Shown here in pieces: positions 1 to 9,659 of a stretch of DNA of 64,000 nucleotides. Positions within the stretch are counted from its first letter, which is position 1, and each line of letters opens with the position of its first letter. The notes under the pieces are model-generated. The model ran no database searches. It saw nothing but the letters and a program-made list of their open reading frames with translations, and was not told the DNA's origin. Both the position numbers and the translations under genes were made by a program. This DNA comes from Candidatus Spongiisociaceae bacterium (GTDB lineage Bacteria; Actinomycetota; Acidimicrobiia; Spongiisociales; Spongiisociaceae): assembly GCA_965219685.1 (NCBI GenBank), contig CBDCOH010000002.1:448001-512000 (forward strand), written 5' to 3'.

Positions 1-2279
1 ACCCCTACTCGCCTGCCGTCCATGAAGACCCCTTCCCCGCCCAGTGGATCCACATCCGCAACATCCACGTCCAGTAAAGCTAGCTTCCATCGGGGCCTGC
101 ACCTATTGGCAACGAGGGCCTCGTAGCCGATGTAGCTCTTCTTGGCCGGATCGACGAACCTCGCCAAACCGGCCTCGTAGGCGCTCACCTCCTGGGTCAT
201 GTCGCCGGAGACCCGGTACGCCTTCTCCATCCGCATGGAGTTGAGTGCGAGCGATCCGAATCCTCCCAAACCGTGCGCTGCACCCGACTCGACGACAGCA
301 TCGAAAACGGAGGGCAGGTCCTCCATCGCCATGTGGAGTTCCCATCCGAGTTCTCCGGTGAAGGACAGACGCAGGGCGAGCACCCGAGCGGCGGCGATGT
401 CGACCGGCCGCGCCGACAGCCGACCTCCGCCGGTGTTCGACAGGTCGGCGTCGGTGAGTGGTTGGAGCACTTCTCGGCTCCTGGGTCCCGCCACCGCCAG
501 TACCCCCAGATCGGACGAGCGATTGGCGATCCTCACCCGTTCCGGGCCGTCCGGGCCGATCTCCCGGCCTTCCCGGCCGTCGAGAACGTGGGACCGCATC
601 CAATCGAGAAACCGCAGTTCCCCGACCGCGGCTCCCACCAGGTAGAAGCGATCCTCGGCAAGGCGGGTGGCGGTGAACTCGGCCTCCACCATTCCCTGCT
701 CGGTGAGCATGTAGACCAAGCCGATCCGACCCGGTCGAGGTAGGCGGCCCGGCGTGAGACGGTCGAGGAATGAGGCGGCATCGGCGCCTGCCACCTCGAA
801 CTTGGAGAAGGCGGTCAGGTCGGCCACACCGACCCGTTGCCGCACCGCTCTGACCTCTCGTGCCACGGTGGCGAACCAGCGAGCCCTGCGGAACGAGTGG
901 TGATGTCGGGCGGCTTGGCCGTCGGCGGCGAACCAGCGCGGTCGCTCCCACCCGAAGACCTCCTCGAACACCGCACCGCGCCGGGCCATCCGGTGATGGA
1001 GGGCCGAGGTCTTGTGCGGGCGCCCGGCCGGACGGTCCAGGTCCGGAAACGGGACCTCGTGCCGAAGCAGGTAGTCCTCGTGGGCTTTGACCCGGTTGTA
1101 GTCGGGTGTTGCGAACTCGCCGAACCGCGAGGGATCGAAGGCGCGCAGGTTGAGGGTGGGGGCGCCCCGCACCATCCAGATGGCGAGCTGGCGCGTGGCG
1201 CCCGGACCCCACGAGATGCCGACTTGGCTTCCGGTGCAGTACCAGTAGTTGGAGAGGCCGGGCGCCGGGCCGAGCAGCATGTTGCCGTCGGGGGGATGGG
1301 TGATCGCCCCGTGGACCTCCTTCACGATGCCGGCGTCAGCCAGCACCGGCACCCGCTCGAAGGCGGCCTCCAGCCACGGCGCCACCCGGTCGTACTCGGG
1401 GGCGAACAGGTGATGGTCTGCATCCCACGGAGTGCCGTCCTCCCACACCGAGCGCGGATGCGCTTTCTCGTAGATGCCGATGAGACCCGCCCGCCTCTCC
1501 ATCCGGATATATCCCGACACGTGGGTGTCCTCGCGCAGGACGGGGAGTTCCCCGTCCAGATCGGCGAAGGCCGGGACCTCCTCCGTCACGAAGTACTGGT
1601 GGGTCATGGGGATGACCGGCAGGTCCACGGAGGGTACGGCCCACGCAGCCACCTGGCGGGCATACGTGCCGGCGGCGTTGACCACCTGGTCGCAGACGTA
1701 CGTTCCCGCCCCGGTTTCCACCCTCCAGCGACCGTCCGGCAAGGCCACCGTACCGGTGACCCTCGTGTTACGCCTGATGGCGGCGCCTCTCCGTCGGGCG
1801 CCCTCCGCGAAGGCGAACACGGCCCCGGCCGGATCCACATGACCGTCGTCCGGTGTGTGGAGGGCGCCGAGCACGCCATCGAGGTTGCAGAAGGGGTGGA
1901 GTTCCGCGATCCGTCGAGGACCGACCAGCTCCATACGGTTTCCCACCCCGCGGCCCACCGACAGCGTGTAGCGCAACCAGTCCATCTCGTCCTCGCGGAC
2001 GGCTAGGCGCAGCGAACCGGGTTGGTGCCAGCTCACCGACCGGCCGGTCTCCGCTTCCAACTCTGCGTACTTGCGGGTCCCGTATCCGGTCATCCACGCC
2101 AGGCCGTAACTCGACGTCGAATGGGTTATCTGGCCGGCGGCGTGCCAGGTGGATCCGGAGGCCAGCTCGCCCTTCTCCAGCAGGAGGCAGTCCTGCCAAC
2201 CCTCGACGGCCAGGTGGTACAGGAGCGACACGCCCATGATTCCCCCACCGATGATGATTACGCGGACGTCAGAGGTCAT
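1..2279 (-). CDS. GcvT-family FAD-dependent oxidoreductase (dimethylglycine dehydrogenase-like); 3' end runs off the window
   Basis: Absent from the ORF track because it has no stop in the window. Manual translation from ATG 2279 gives MTSDVRVIIIGGGIMGVSLLYHLA...GSTWHAAG (FAD motif), followed by a GcvT-like region. Paralogous to 6173-8683. Confidence 0.88.
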   Translation of the reverse strand, partial: MTSDVRVIIIGGGIMGVSLLYHLAVEGWQDCLLLEKGELASGSTWHAAGQITHSTSSYGLAWMTGYGTRKYAELEAETGRSVSWHQPGSLRLAVREDEMDWLRYTLSVGRGVGNRMELVGPRRIAELHPFCNLDGVLGALHTPDDGHVDPAGAVFAFAEGARRRGAAIRRNTRVTGTVALPDGRWRVETGAGTYVCDQVVNAAGTYARQVAAWAVPSVDLPVIPMTHQYFVTEEVPAFADLDGELPVLREDTHVSGYIRMERRAGLIGIYEKAHPRSVWEDGTPWDADHHLFAPEYDRVAPWLEAAFERVPVLADAGIVKEVHGAITHPPDGNMLLGPAPGLSNYWYCTGSQVGISWGPGATRQLAIWMVRGAPTLNLRAFDPSRFGEFATPDYNRVKAHEDYLLRHEVPFPDLDRPAGRPHKTSALHHRMARRGAVFEEVFGWERPRWFAADGQAARHHHSFRRARWFATVAREVRAVRQRVGVADLTAFSKFEVAGADAASFLDRLTPGRLPRPGRIGLVYMLTEQGMVEAEFTATRLAEDRFYLVGAAVGELRFLDWMRSHVLDGREGREIGPDGPERVRIANRSSDLGVLAVAGPRSREVLQPLTDADLSNTGGGRLSARPVDIAAARVLALRLSFTGELGWELHMAMEDLPSVFDAVVESGAAHGLGGFGSLALNSMRMEKAYRVSGDMTQEVSAYEAGLARFVDPAKKSYIGYEALVANRCRPRWKLALLDVDVADVDPLGGEGVFMDGRRVG

Positions 2280-2295
2280 GCTGCGGTCGCCTGTC

Positions 2296-2341
2296 TGGTA
2301 CACTTGTATGAGAACACACCATGGATCGTACAACTGTACCA
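2296..2341. promoter_or_regulatory. Paired palindromic operator (GTACA-N2-TGTAY x2) between divergent genes
   Basis: TGGTACACTTGTATGA (2296-2311) and TCGTACAACTGTACCA (2326-2341) form a 16-bp inverted repeat with 2 mismatches. Confidence 0.6.
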
Positions 2342-3229
2342 AATCGGGACTCCGGGTTCGACGTCCTCCTGGAACACATGGGTTCGGCGATCAGCGAGAT
2401 GGCTCCGCAGGTCCGTAAGGCGACCGCCTTCGTGCTCGACCATCCTGACGAGGTCGGATTCGCCACCGTGCGCGAACTGGCCGAACTGGCGGACGTGCAC
2501 CCCAACACCCTGGTCCGCATGGCCCGGCTGGTGGGTTTCGAGGGCTTCGACGACTTCCGCGAGAAGTTCCGCACCGAGTTGCGGGCCCGCAGCTCGTTCC
2601 ACGACCGGGCCTTGTCGCTGCAGTCGATGTCAGGCGAGAGGCTCCCTGCCCTGTACGGGGATATAGCAGCGGTCACGCTCCGGAACGTGGAACGGATGTT
2701 CAGCACCACCCCCGCCGCGGAGATGGAGGCGATCGCCGCTCGTATCGTCTGTTCCAGGCGCACCTACGTCATCGGAGTCGGCGCCAACTACGCCCTCGCT
2801 CACAACTTCGCCTACCTGGCGGGGATGGCTGTGGACAACGTGGTGGCGGTACCCGGTGACGGGAACGTGCCGATGGACGGTATCGTGAAAGCGGGACCCG
2901 ACGACGTCGTGGTGACCATGACCTTCGCCCCCTACCGGGCGGAAGTCGTGGAGGCGACCGACGCCGCCCGCCGGCAGGGCGCCCTGGTGGTGGCGATCAC
3001 CGACAGTCACGGTTCTCCCATCGCGCCGGGCGCCGACCACCTGATCCTCGCCCCGAGCGCCACCCCGCAGTTCTTCCCGTCCACCCTGGCGGCTGCCGCC
3101 GCGCTCGAGACCCTGGTGTCGTTCGTAGTGGCCGACGCTCCACCGGAGGTGGTGGCGGCCATCGACCTCATGCACCAACGCAGATACGATCTCGGTGTGT
3201 ACTGGAAACCGGACCGTGGAAACCGCTGA
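2321..3229 (+). CDS. MurR/RpiR-family transcriptional regulator
   Basis: N-terminal HTH (TVRELAELADVHPNTLVRMARLVGFEGF) and C-terminal SIS domain (AITDSHGSP). True start may be slightly downstream. Confidence 0.9.
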   Translation: MDRTTVPNRDSGFDVLLEHMGSAISEMAPQVRKATAFVLDHPDEVGFATVRELAELADVHPNTLVRMARLVGFEGFDDFREKFRTELRARSSFHDRALSLQSMSGERLPALYGDIAAVTLRNVERMFSTTPAAEMEAIAARIVCSRRTYVIGVGANYALAHNFAYLAGMAVDNVVAVPGDGNVPMDGIVKAGPDDVVVTMTFAPYRAEVVEATDAARRQGALVVAITDSHGSPIAPGADHLILAPSATPQFFPSTLAAAAALETLVSFVVADAPPEVVAAIDLMHQRRYDLGVYWKPDRGNR

Positions 3230-4325
3230 CTGTTCCGCCTACACGCGACCCCAGCGGGTCATGGATCCGTCCGTCTACCTGGACGCGGCACTGTTCGACC
3301 GCGAGCAGCGCAGCGTCCTGTCGTCCACCTGGCAGTACGCCTGCCATACGTCGGAACTCGACAGGCCGGGAAGCTACGTCACCTTCGAGATCGCCGGGGA
3401 GTCGCTCTTCACGCTGAGGGACCGCGATGGGACGATCCGCACCTTCTACAACGTCTGCATGCACCGTGGCCACCGCTTGCTCGAAGGCCGCGGCGCCCGC
3501 CCGAAGCTGGTCTGCCCGTACCACTCCTGGACCTACCGCCTGGACGGGCGCCTCGACCACGCGCCGTACGCGGAGGGCCGGCCCGGATTCGATCCCGATG
3601 GGATATGCCTTACCGAGGTCCTGATGGAGGATCTGTGGGGCTTCCTCTTCGTGAACCTGGACTGCGACGCGCCTCCCATGAGCGTGACCTATCCCGGTGT
3701 CCAGGAGGCGCTCCATGAGTTCCTCCCCTCCATCGAACGGATGCGGCCCCTCGAACGCCGCTGTTTCACGGCCGAGTCGAACTGGAAGGTGGCGATCGAG
3801 AACTACAACGAGTGCTACCACTGCCGGACCGCGCATCCCTCCTTCTCCAGGGGAGTGGTGCTCCCGGACACCTACACGATCCGGCCTGTCGGCCAATCCC
3901 TCCAGCACCGGGCCGAGAGCTCTCCCGAGCAGTACTACGAGATAGACCGCGAAGCCTCCCCCCACGCCGCCGACTACCGGTCCTTCTACCTGTGGCCGCT
4001 CTTCTCGTTCCAGATCTACCCCGGGCCGGTACTCAACACCTTCTGCTGGCGGCCCGAGTCGGTGGACCGGACGCCCTTCTTCCGCGAGTGGTTCAACCTC
4101 GGCGGGGAGGACTCACCCACAGTTCGCCGGGTAGCCGACGAAGACGCCCGCACCACGGTGGCGGAGGACCTGGCCCTGATGCGTTCGGTGCAGGGTGGCC
4201 TGTCCAGCCGGGGCTACCGCCCGGGACCCTTGGTCATCGACCCCGACATGGGACTCAACAGCGAACACACCGTGGCCGCGATCAAAGCCTGGTACCAGGA
4301 CGCGATGGGCCCGACCCCGGAGTAG
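3216..4325 (+). CDS. Rieske non-heme iron oxygenase alpha subunit (choline/betaine/carnitine monooxygenase-like)
   Basis: Rieske motifs CMHRG and CPYHSW; mononuclear iron motif ENYNECYHCRTAHP and a C-terminal ED. GTG 3216 chosen as start. Confidence 0.88.
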   Translation: METADCSAYTRPQRVMDPSVYLDAALFDREQRSVLSSTWQYACHTSELDRPGSYVTFEIAGESLFTLRDRDGTIRTFYNVCMHRGHRLLEGRGARPKLVCPYHSWTYRLDGRLDHAPYAEGRPGFDPDGICLTEVLMEDLWGFLFVNLDCDAPPMSVTYPGVQEALHEFLPSIERMRPLERRCFTAESNWKVAIENYNECYHCRTAHPSFSRGVVLPDTYTIRPVGQSLQHRAESSPEQYYEIDREASPHAADYRSFYLWPLFSFQIYPGPVLNTFCWRPESVDRTPFFREWFNLGGEDSPTVRRVADEDARTTVAEDLALMRSVQGGLSSRGYRPGPLVIDPDMGLNSEHTVAAIKAWYQDAMGPTPE

Positions 4326-4347
4326 TTGTTAGATATTATCTAATATA

Positions 4348-4403
4348 AACTAGCAACTAGCAACTAGCAACTAGCAACTAGCAACTAGCAACTAGCAACT
4401 AGC
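4348..4403. repeat. Heptamer tandem repeat (AACTAGC)x8
   Basis: Eight perfect copies between convergent genes; the last overlaps the etfA stop. Preceded by the palindrome TTAGATATTATCTAA (4329-4343). Confidence 0.97.
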
Positions 4404-5388
4404 CACCCTCTCTGGCCAGGCCGCGGCGGCGGGTTATCTCGGCTGAGATGGCGGGCACCACATCGTGGAGGTCGGCGATGACCGCCCAGTCGGCCTTCGT
4501 CACCATCGGGGCGTCGCGGTCGATGTTGATGGCGAGGATGTTCTTGGCGTTCATCATCCCGACCCAGTGCTGGATGGCGCCGGAGATCCCGCAGGCGATG
4601 TAGAGATCGGGCGCAACCACCGTTCCGGTCTGGCCCACCTGGAACTTGTGGTTCTTCCAACCGTTGTTGGTCACGACCCGCGAGCAGCCCACTGCACCCC
4701 CGAGGAGGTCGGCCAGTTCCTCGACTATGGCGAAGCCCTCGACGCTTCCCACCCCGCGGCCCCCGCTGACCACCACGGGCGCGGTGGCCAGGGTTATGCC
4801 CTCCGACACCGTCACCCGGTCCTTGACCATGGTTACCGCAGCCGAATCGTCCAGTTCCGGGACGAATTCCGCCACGCGTCCGGCACCCGGGGCACCGGCC
4901 GCCTCGGTGCTGTGCGGGGCGAGCGTCACCAGCTTGGTGGGCGCCGCGAGCCTGGCCCGTTCGTGGAGGCTTCCGCCCCATCGCACCCGGGTCATCAGCC
5001 AATCGTCACCTTCGGACTCGATCTCGAGGCAGTTGGCGACCATCGCCAGGTCCAACCGCGCTCCCACATGGGCCATGACCTCGTTGCCCCGGTCGGTCCC
5101 GGTGGCCATGATGGCTGCGGCGCCCACCGAGGTGGCCAGTTGCGCCAGGCTGTCGGCCCATGCGTCGGGTCCGTAGTCGGTGAGCAGTCCGTGGCGGACG
5201 AGATGGATCACCTCGGCGCCGTATGCGCCGACCTCCGCGGCCGGTTGGTCCGCCTTCGCGCCGATGACCGCAGTGTGGAGTTGCGCCCCCATCGTTTCGG
5301 CTAGCCGGCGTGCGCCCGTGAGGCCGCCCAGGGTGGTTTCCTCGGTTACGCCTCGATCATGCTCGACCAGGTACAGGAAGACGCTCAT
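4399..5388 (-). CDS. etfA: Electron transfer flavoprotein alpha subunit
   Basis: VVSGGRG, QVGQTG, LYIACGISGAIQH and INID..AP motifs. Confidence 0.95.
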   Translation of the reverse strand: MSVFLYLVEHDRGVTEETTLGGLTGARRLAETMGAQLHTAVIGAKADQPAAEVGAYGAEVIHLVRHGLLTDYGPDAWADSLAQLATSVGAAAIMATGTDRGNEVMAHVGARLDLAMVANCLEIESEGDDWLMTRVRWGGSLHERARLAAPTKLVTLAPHSTEAAGAPGAGRVAEFVPELDDSAAVTMVKDRVTVSEGITLATAPVVVSGGRGVGSVEGFAIVEELADLLGGAVGCSRVVTNNGWKNHKFQVGQTGTVVAPDLYIACGISGAIQHWVGMMNAKNILAINIDRDAPMVTKADWAVIADLHDVVPAISAEITRRRGLAREGG

Positions 5389-6152
5389 ACCAGACCCAAC
5401 TCCTCCAGGATGTCGACGATGGCCGGCGCCGCCTCCGCGCCCTCACCAAGGATGTCGACCGTCGTCCCGACCGCCGGGGGGGTTGCCAGCACCACCTTTG
5501 ACTGCCCGCTGGCGCCGGGGGTCGGCTCGATCCTCGACACCGGGGCCCGTCGAGCGGCCATCCGCCCTCTCAGCGTCGGGTACCGAGGCAGGTTGATGCC
5601 CTCCTTGACCCCCACCACGGCCGGCAGGGGGAGTTGGTAGACCTCCGAGCCGGAAGGTGTCTCCCGTCGAGCGGTGATCCGGTCGCCCTCGGTGTCGATC
5701 CCCTTGATGCCGGTGACCATCGGCCGGCCCAGCGCCCGGGCCGCACGGATCCCTACCTGGTAGCCACCCGAGTCGGCCGACTCGTTGCCGAACAGGATCA
5801 GGTCGAACGGTTCCCCCTGGCCGGACTCGGACTCGCGAATGGCGGCTACGAGGGCTTCTGAAGTCGAGACCGGGTCCCAGTCGGGGATGCCGGTCGGTAG
5901 CAACACCGCCGAGTCGGCGCCTACCGCGATGGCCGAGCGAAGCTGTTCCTCGGCTTCGGGAGGACCCAGGGTCATTACGGTCACAGACCCGCCCAGCCGC
6001 TCGACGATCTGCACTGCCTCCTCGACCGCGCACTCCTCGTGCGGGCTCACCGTGAATCCCAGCAACGTGGCGTCGATGTCCTGGCCGTCGGTGGTGAGGA
6101 CGATCTTGGCCCCCGGCGCCGGGACCCGCTTGACGCACACCAGGATCCGCAT
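5385..6152 (-). CDS. etfB: Electron transfer flavoprotein beta subunit
   Basis: MRILVCVKRVP, CAVEEA, G.ESADSG..QVG, INLPRYP; overlaps the etfA start. Confidence 0.95.
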   Translation of the reverse strand: MRILVCVKRVPAPGAKIVLTTDGQDIDATLLGFTVSPHEECAVEEAVQIVERLGGSVTVMTLGPPEAEEQLRSAIAVGADSAVLLPTGIPDWDPVSTSEALVAAIRESESGQGEPFDLILFGNESADSGGYQVGIRAARALGRPMVTGIKGIDTEGDRITARRETPSGSEVYQLPLPAVVGVKEGINLPRYPTLRGRMAARRAPVSRIEPTPGASGQSKVVLATPPAVGTTVDILGEGAEAAPAIVDILEELGLV

Positions 6153-6172
6153 CTTCTAGCCCGTGGCGCCCA

Positions 6173-8683
6173 TCAGCGCTTCATCCGGCTGTCGTCCGGG
6201 TCGAACAGGGGTCGCGATCCGACCCGGGCAACCGTGGCTGGGAACAACTCGTTCTGGTACATGACCCGTAGTTCCATCCCCTCCTCCGCCATGTGCGGTG
6301 GGAGGTACCCGAGCAGTATGTAGGTATCGAGAGATGGCGCGGCGCCGGCCGAGGTGACCCTGGAGACCCGGCCCTTGGCGTCCACGATCCGCTCTCCGTT
6401 CACGGTGAGGATCGGCTCGTTGCCGCCCATCGGGAACCGGGCTATACCCGAGGTGGACACGTGGCTCTCCATCGTCAGGGTGCAGCAGACCGCCGCGGGA
6501 CCCTTCTCCCGGGCGGCCAGATAGGCTTCCTTGCCGATGAAGTCGGCGGATTTGACCCTGGGCCGGGCCAGTCCGGCCTCGACCGGGTCGTACTCCGATT
6601 CCAGTTCGGCGCCCATGAGCCGGTAGCCCTTCTCCAACCGGGCGGTGGTTCCGTAGACGCCCGCTCCGACCGGGACGACCCCGAACTCCTGGCCTGCCGT
6701 CCAGAGGGCCTTCCACAGCATGGGGGCGTGTTCCATGCCCGTGTAAATCTCCCAACCGAGGTCGCCCACGTAGGAGATCCGGAACATGGTCACGGGTATC
6801 GAGTCGATGGTGGCGTGCTTGAAGGTTCCGTAGGGGAATCCTTCGTGGGAGATGTCGTCGGAGGTGATCTTTCGTACCAGGCTTCGAGCGGAGGGACCCC
6901 ATACCCCGATGGTGGACAAGGAGGAGGTTACGTCGGTGAACACCACGGATCCGTCCTCGGGGAGCCACTTGCGGAACCAGTACGCGTCCCGGCCACCGTC
7001 GAAGCCCCCGGTGACGACGCGGAAGTGGTCCGCGCCCATGCGCAGGACCGTCAGGTCGGAGCGGAAGCCGCCCTCCTCGGTCAGGAGGGGGGTGTAGACG
7101 CCTCTCCCCGGTCGGTAGTCGAGTTGGTTCACCGTCATGTGCTGCATGTAATCGAGGGCGCCGGGTCCCTGGACGTCGAAGATGGCGAACGCGCTCAGGT
7201 CGATCACTCCCACCCGGTCCCGGAGGGCCAGGTGCTCGGCGTTCTGGATCGGTGACCACCAACGGGAGTCCCACTCGTGGGGACGGTCGGGAATCCGGTC
7301 CCCGTACTCCTCGAGGAGGGGAGCGTTCGACTCGTACCAATGGGGCCGTTCCCAGCCGCCCGCCTCGAAGTACACGGCCCCGAGTGCCGACGTGGTGCTG
7401 TGCAGGGTGCTGACTCGGCTCTCCCGCCGGCTGTCCCATTGCTCCCGCGGGTGGACGATGCCGTAGGTCTTGTTGAAGTGCTCCGCGCAGCGGGAGAGGA
7501 TGTGGCTCTCCGTCTTCATGTAGGGGTAGAACCGGGCGATGTCGGAGGCGTGAGGGTCGATCTCCGGATATCCCTGGGTCATCCACTCGGCCAGCGCGCG
7601 CCCCGTTCCCGGTCCTTCCTTGATCCATATCGCCGCGCACGACCACAGGTTCTTGACCTCCGGGGTCTCACCGACCAGGGGCATCGCGTCGGGGGTGAGC
7701 GAGAGCAGCCCGTTGATCCCGTACTTGATCTCGGCGTCTCCGAGGAACGGCATCAGCTCCAAGGCCTCTTCGAGCTGGGGATCGAAGTCGTCCATGGTCA
7801 GGGGAAGTTCGGTCGGCGACAGGCGGGCCGCCTCGATCGAAGGGATGGTGTCCGGGTGGTGGAAGATCGGCCGGTGGGCATATGAACCGACCTCCATGGA
7901 GCCGCCCGTCTGGCGCTCGTAGCAGAAGGTGTCCATATCGCGGACTATCGGATAGCCGATCTCGCTGTTGGTGGCCGACAGGATCTCGAGCGGTCCCACG
8001 TCGATCATCTGGTGGACGGCGGGGGTCAGAGGGATGGACGCACCCGCCATCCGTGCCAGGCGAGGCGACCAGACGCCACAGGCGATCACGACGTACTCGC
8101 AGGCGATCCTTCCCTTGTCGGTGACGACCGCATCGATACGTCCCCGCTTCGTCTCGATGTCCAGCACCTCGGTCAGCGGGTGGACCGACAGGGCGCCCTT
8201 CTCCTGCGCGTACTCGCGCATGAGGGTACCGGCCCGTAGCGAGTCGACCACCGAAACGCTGGGGGAGTACCAGCCACCCACTATCACCGACTCGTCCAGG
8301 AAGGGGACCAGCTCCCTCGCTTCGGCCGGACTCACCAGCCAACTCTCGATGCCCCAAGCCTTGGCCGAGGTCATACGGCGGTTGAGTTCGTGGAGCCGCT
8401 CCGCGGTCCGCGCTACCTCGATCCCTCCCGAGGTGACGCTGACCTCCATCTCCTCGTACTGCTCCTGGCTGTCGAGAGTGAGGTGGGCCATCTCCTTGTT
8501 GTGGTCCACCGGAAAGATGAAGTTGGAGGCGTGGCCGGTCGATCCACCCGGGTTGGGGAGAGGTCCCTTGTCCAACTGGACGATGTCTCGCCACCCGAGC
8601 GCAGCGAGGTGTTTGACTACTGAATTACCGACGATGCCTGCGCCGATCACTACGACCCGGGCGCTGCTTGGCAGGTCGCTCAT
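6173..8683 (-). CDS. GcvT-family FAD-dependent oxidoreductase (dimethylglycine oxidase/dehydrogenase-like)
   Basis: 836 aa; GAGIVG, GGSTGHA, SYVGDLGWEI and RLEKGY motifs. Confidence 0.92.
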   Translation of the reverse strand: MSDLPSSARVVVIGAGIVGNSVVKHLAALGWRDIVQLDKGPLPNPGGSTGHASNFIFPVDHNKEMAHLTLDSQEQYEEMEVSVTSGGIEVARTAERLHELNRRMTSAKAWGIESWLVSPAEARELVPFLDESVIVGGWYSPSVSVVDSLRAGTLMREYAQEKGALSVHPLTEVLDIETKRGRIDAVVTDKGRIACEYVVIACGVWSPRLARMAGASIPLTPAVHQMIDVGPLEILSATNSEIGYPIVRDMDTFCYERQTGGSMEVGSYAHRPIFHHPDTIPSIEAARLSPTELPLTMDDFDPQLEEALELMPFLGDAEIKYGINGLLSLTPDAMPLVGETPEVKNLWSCAAIWIKEGPGTGRALAEWMTQGYPEIDPHASDIARFYPYMKTESHILSRCAEHFNKTYGIVHPREQWDSRRESRVSTLHSTTSALGAVYFEAGGWERPHWYESNAPLLEEYGDRIPDRPHEWDSRWWSPIQNAEHLALRDRVGVIDLSAFAIFDVQGPGALDYMQHMTVNQLDYRPGRGVYTPLLTEEGGFRSDLTVLRMGADHFRVVTGGFDGGRDAYWFRKWLPEDGSVVFTDVTSSLSTIGVWGPSARSLVRKITSDDISHEGFPYGTFKHATIDSIPVTMFRISYVGDLGWEIYTGMEHAPMLWKALWTAGQEFGVVPVGAGVYGTTARLEKGYRLMGAELESEYDPVEAGLARPRVKSADFIGKEAYLAAREKGPAAVCCTLTMESHVSTSGIARFPMGGNEPILTVNGERIVDAKGRVSRVTSAGAAPSLDTYILLGYLPPHMAEEGMELRVMYQNELFPATVARVGSRPLFDPDDSRMKR

Positions 8684-8705
8684 CCCCGGCTCCTCTTCCT
8701 ACCCA

Positions 8706-8905
8706 TGTTCCGCATCGCGGAACCTTCTTGCGATACGGAACAGCATACCTAGGGATCGGGGGGATTTCACCGCCTGACGGGAGGTTTGGTGCCGGGCGCG
8801 CGACCATCGGAAGGTGTAGGACACAAATCCGTTATTGTGTAGCCTGCCGCGGGCCGTTGAGGTATGCTGTTCCACGATGTAGGACTGTTCCGCATCATGA
8901 GACAC
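8706..8905. promoter_or_regulatory. Mirror-image divergent promoters, each with -10 TATGCT followed by two GTTCC-type operator boxes
   Basis: AGGTATGCTGTTCC occurs on both strands (8737-8750 minus, 8860-8873 plus). Perfect palindrome GTTCCGC-ATC-GCGGAAC at 8707-8723; central ACACAA-N8-TTGTGT at 8821-8840. Confidence 0.65.
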
Positions 8906-8951
8906 AAACATAAGGCTTCCCGCTGGCGGGGGAAGGGTTCTATCTGCTCTC

Positions 8952-9659
8952 ATGGACATGTTCGACGACGAACTCGACCTCCGAACGCTCCCCGACGATG
9001 AACTCGTCGAGCAGATGCACGACGATCTGTATGACGGCCTGGCCGAGGAAATCGACGATGGCACGCGCATCCTGCTGGAGAGGGGGTGGAGCGCCTCCGA
9101 AGTGCTGAACGACGCCCTGGTGGAGGGCATGCGGATCGTCGGTATAGACTTCCGCGACGGCATCCTCTTCGTTCCCGAGGTTCTCCTGGCGGCCAACGCG
9201 ATGAAGGCGGGCATGGCTGTCCTCCGTCCTCTCCTGGCGGAGACAGGCGCCGAGACGGTAGGGAAGGTGGTCATCGGGACCGTCAAGGGGGACATTCACG
9301 ACATCGGCAAGAACCTCGTGGCGATGATGATGGAGGGGGCCGGATTCGAAGTCCATGATCTGGGGATCAACACGGATGTGGACGAGTTCCTGGAAGCCAT
9401 CGAGTTGTACCAACCGGACATTCTCGGGATGTCCGCCCTGCTCACGACCACGATGCCCTACATGAAGGTGGTGGTCGACACGCTGATTGCCAAGGGGTTG
9501 CGGGATCGGTACATCGTGATGGTGGGTGGCGCGCCCCTCAACGAGGAGTTCGGGCGGGCGGTAGGTGCTGACGCCTACTGCCGGGACGCCGCGGTTGCTG
9601 CCGAGACCGCCAAGGACCTGGTCATGAAACAGCGCATCCTCATGAGCGAGCATGTCTGA
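8952..9659 (+). CDS. Cobalamin-binding (corrinoid) protein
   Basis: Cap domain (FVPEVLLAA) plus GTVKGDIHDIGKNLV (DxHxxG), MSALLTTTM and VGGAP. Confidence 0.95.
   Translation: MDMFDDELDLRTLPDDELVEQMHDDLYDGLAEEIDDGTRILLERGWSASEVLNDALVEGMRIVGIDFRDGILFVPEVLLAANAMKAGMAVLRPLLAETGAETVGKVVIGTVKGDIHDIGKNLVAMMMEGAGFEVHDLGINTDVDEFLEAIELYQPDILGMSALLTTTMPYMKVVVDTLIAKGLRDRYIVMVGGAPLNEEFGRAVGADAYCRDAAVAAETAKDLVMKQRILMSEHV

Noticed and set aside
4348-4403. Heptamer arrays as CRISPR
   Set aside because: No spacers, the unit is 7 bp, and no cas genes are present.
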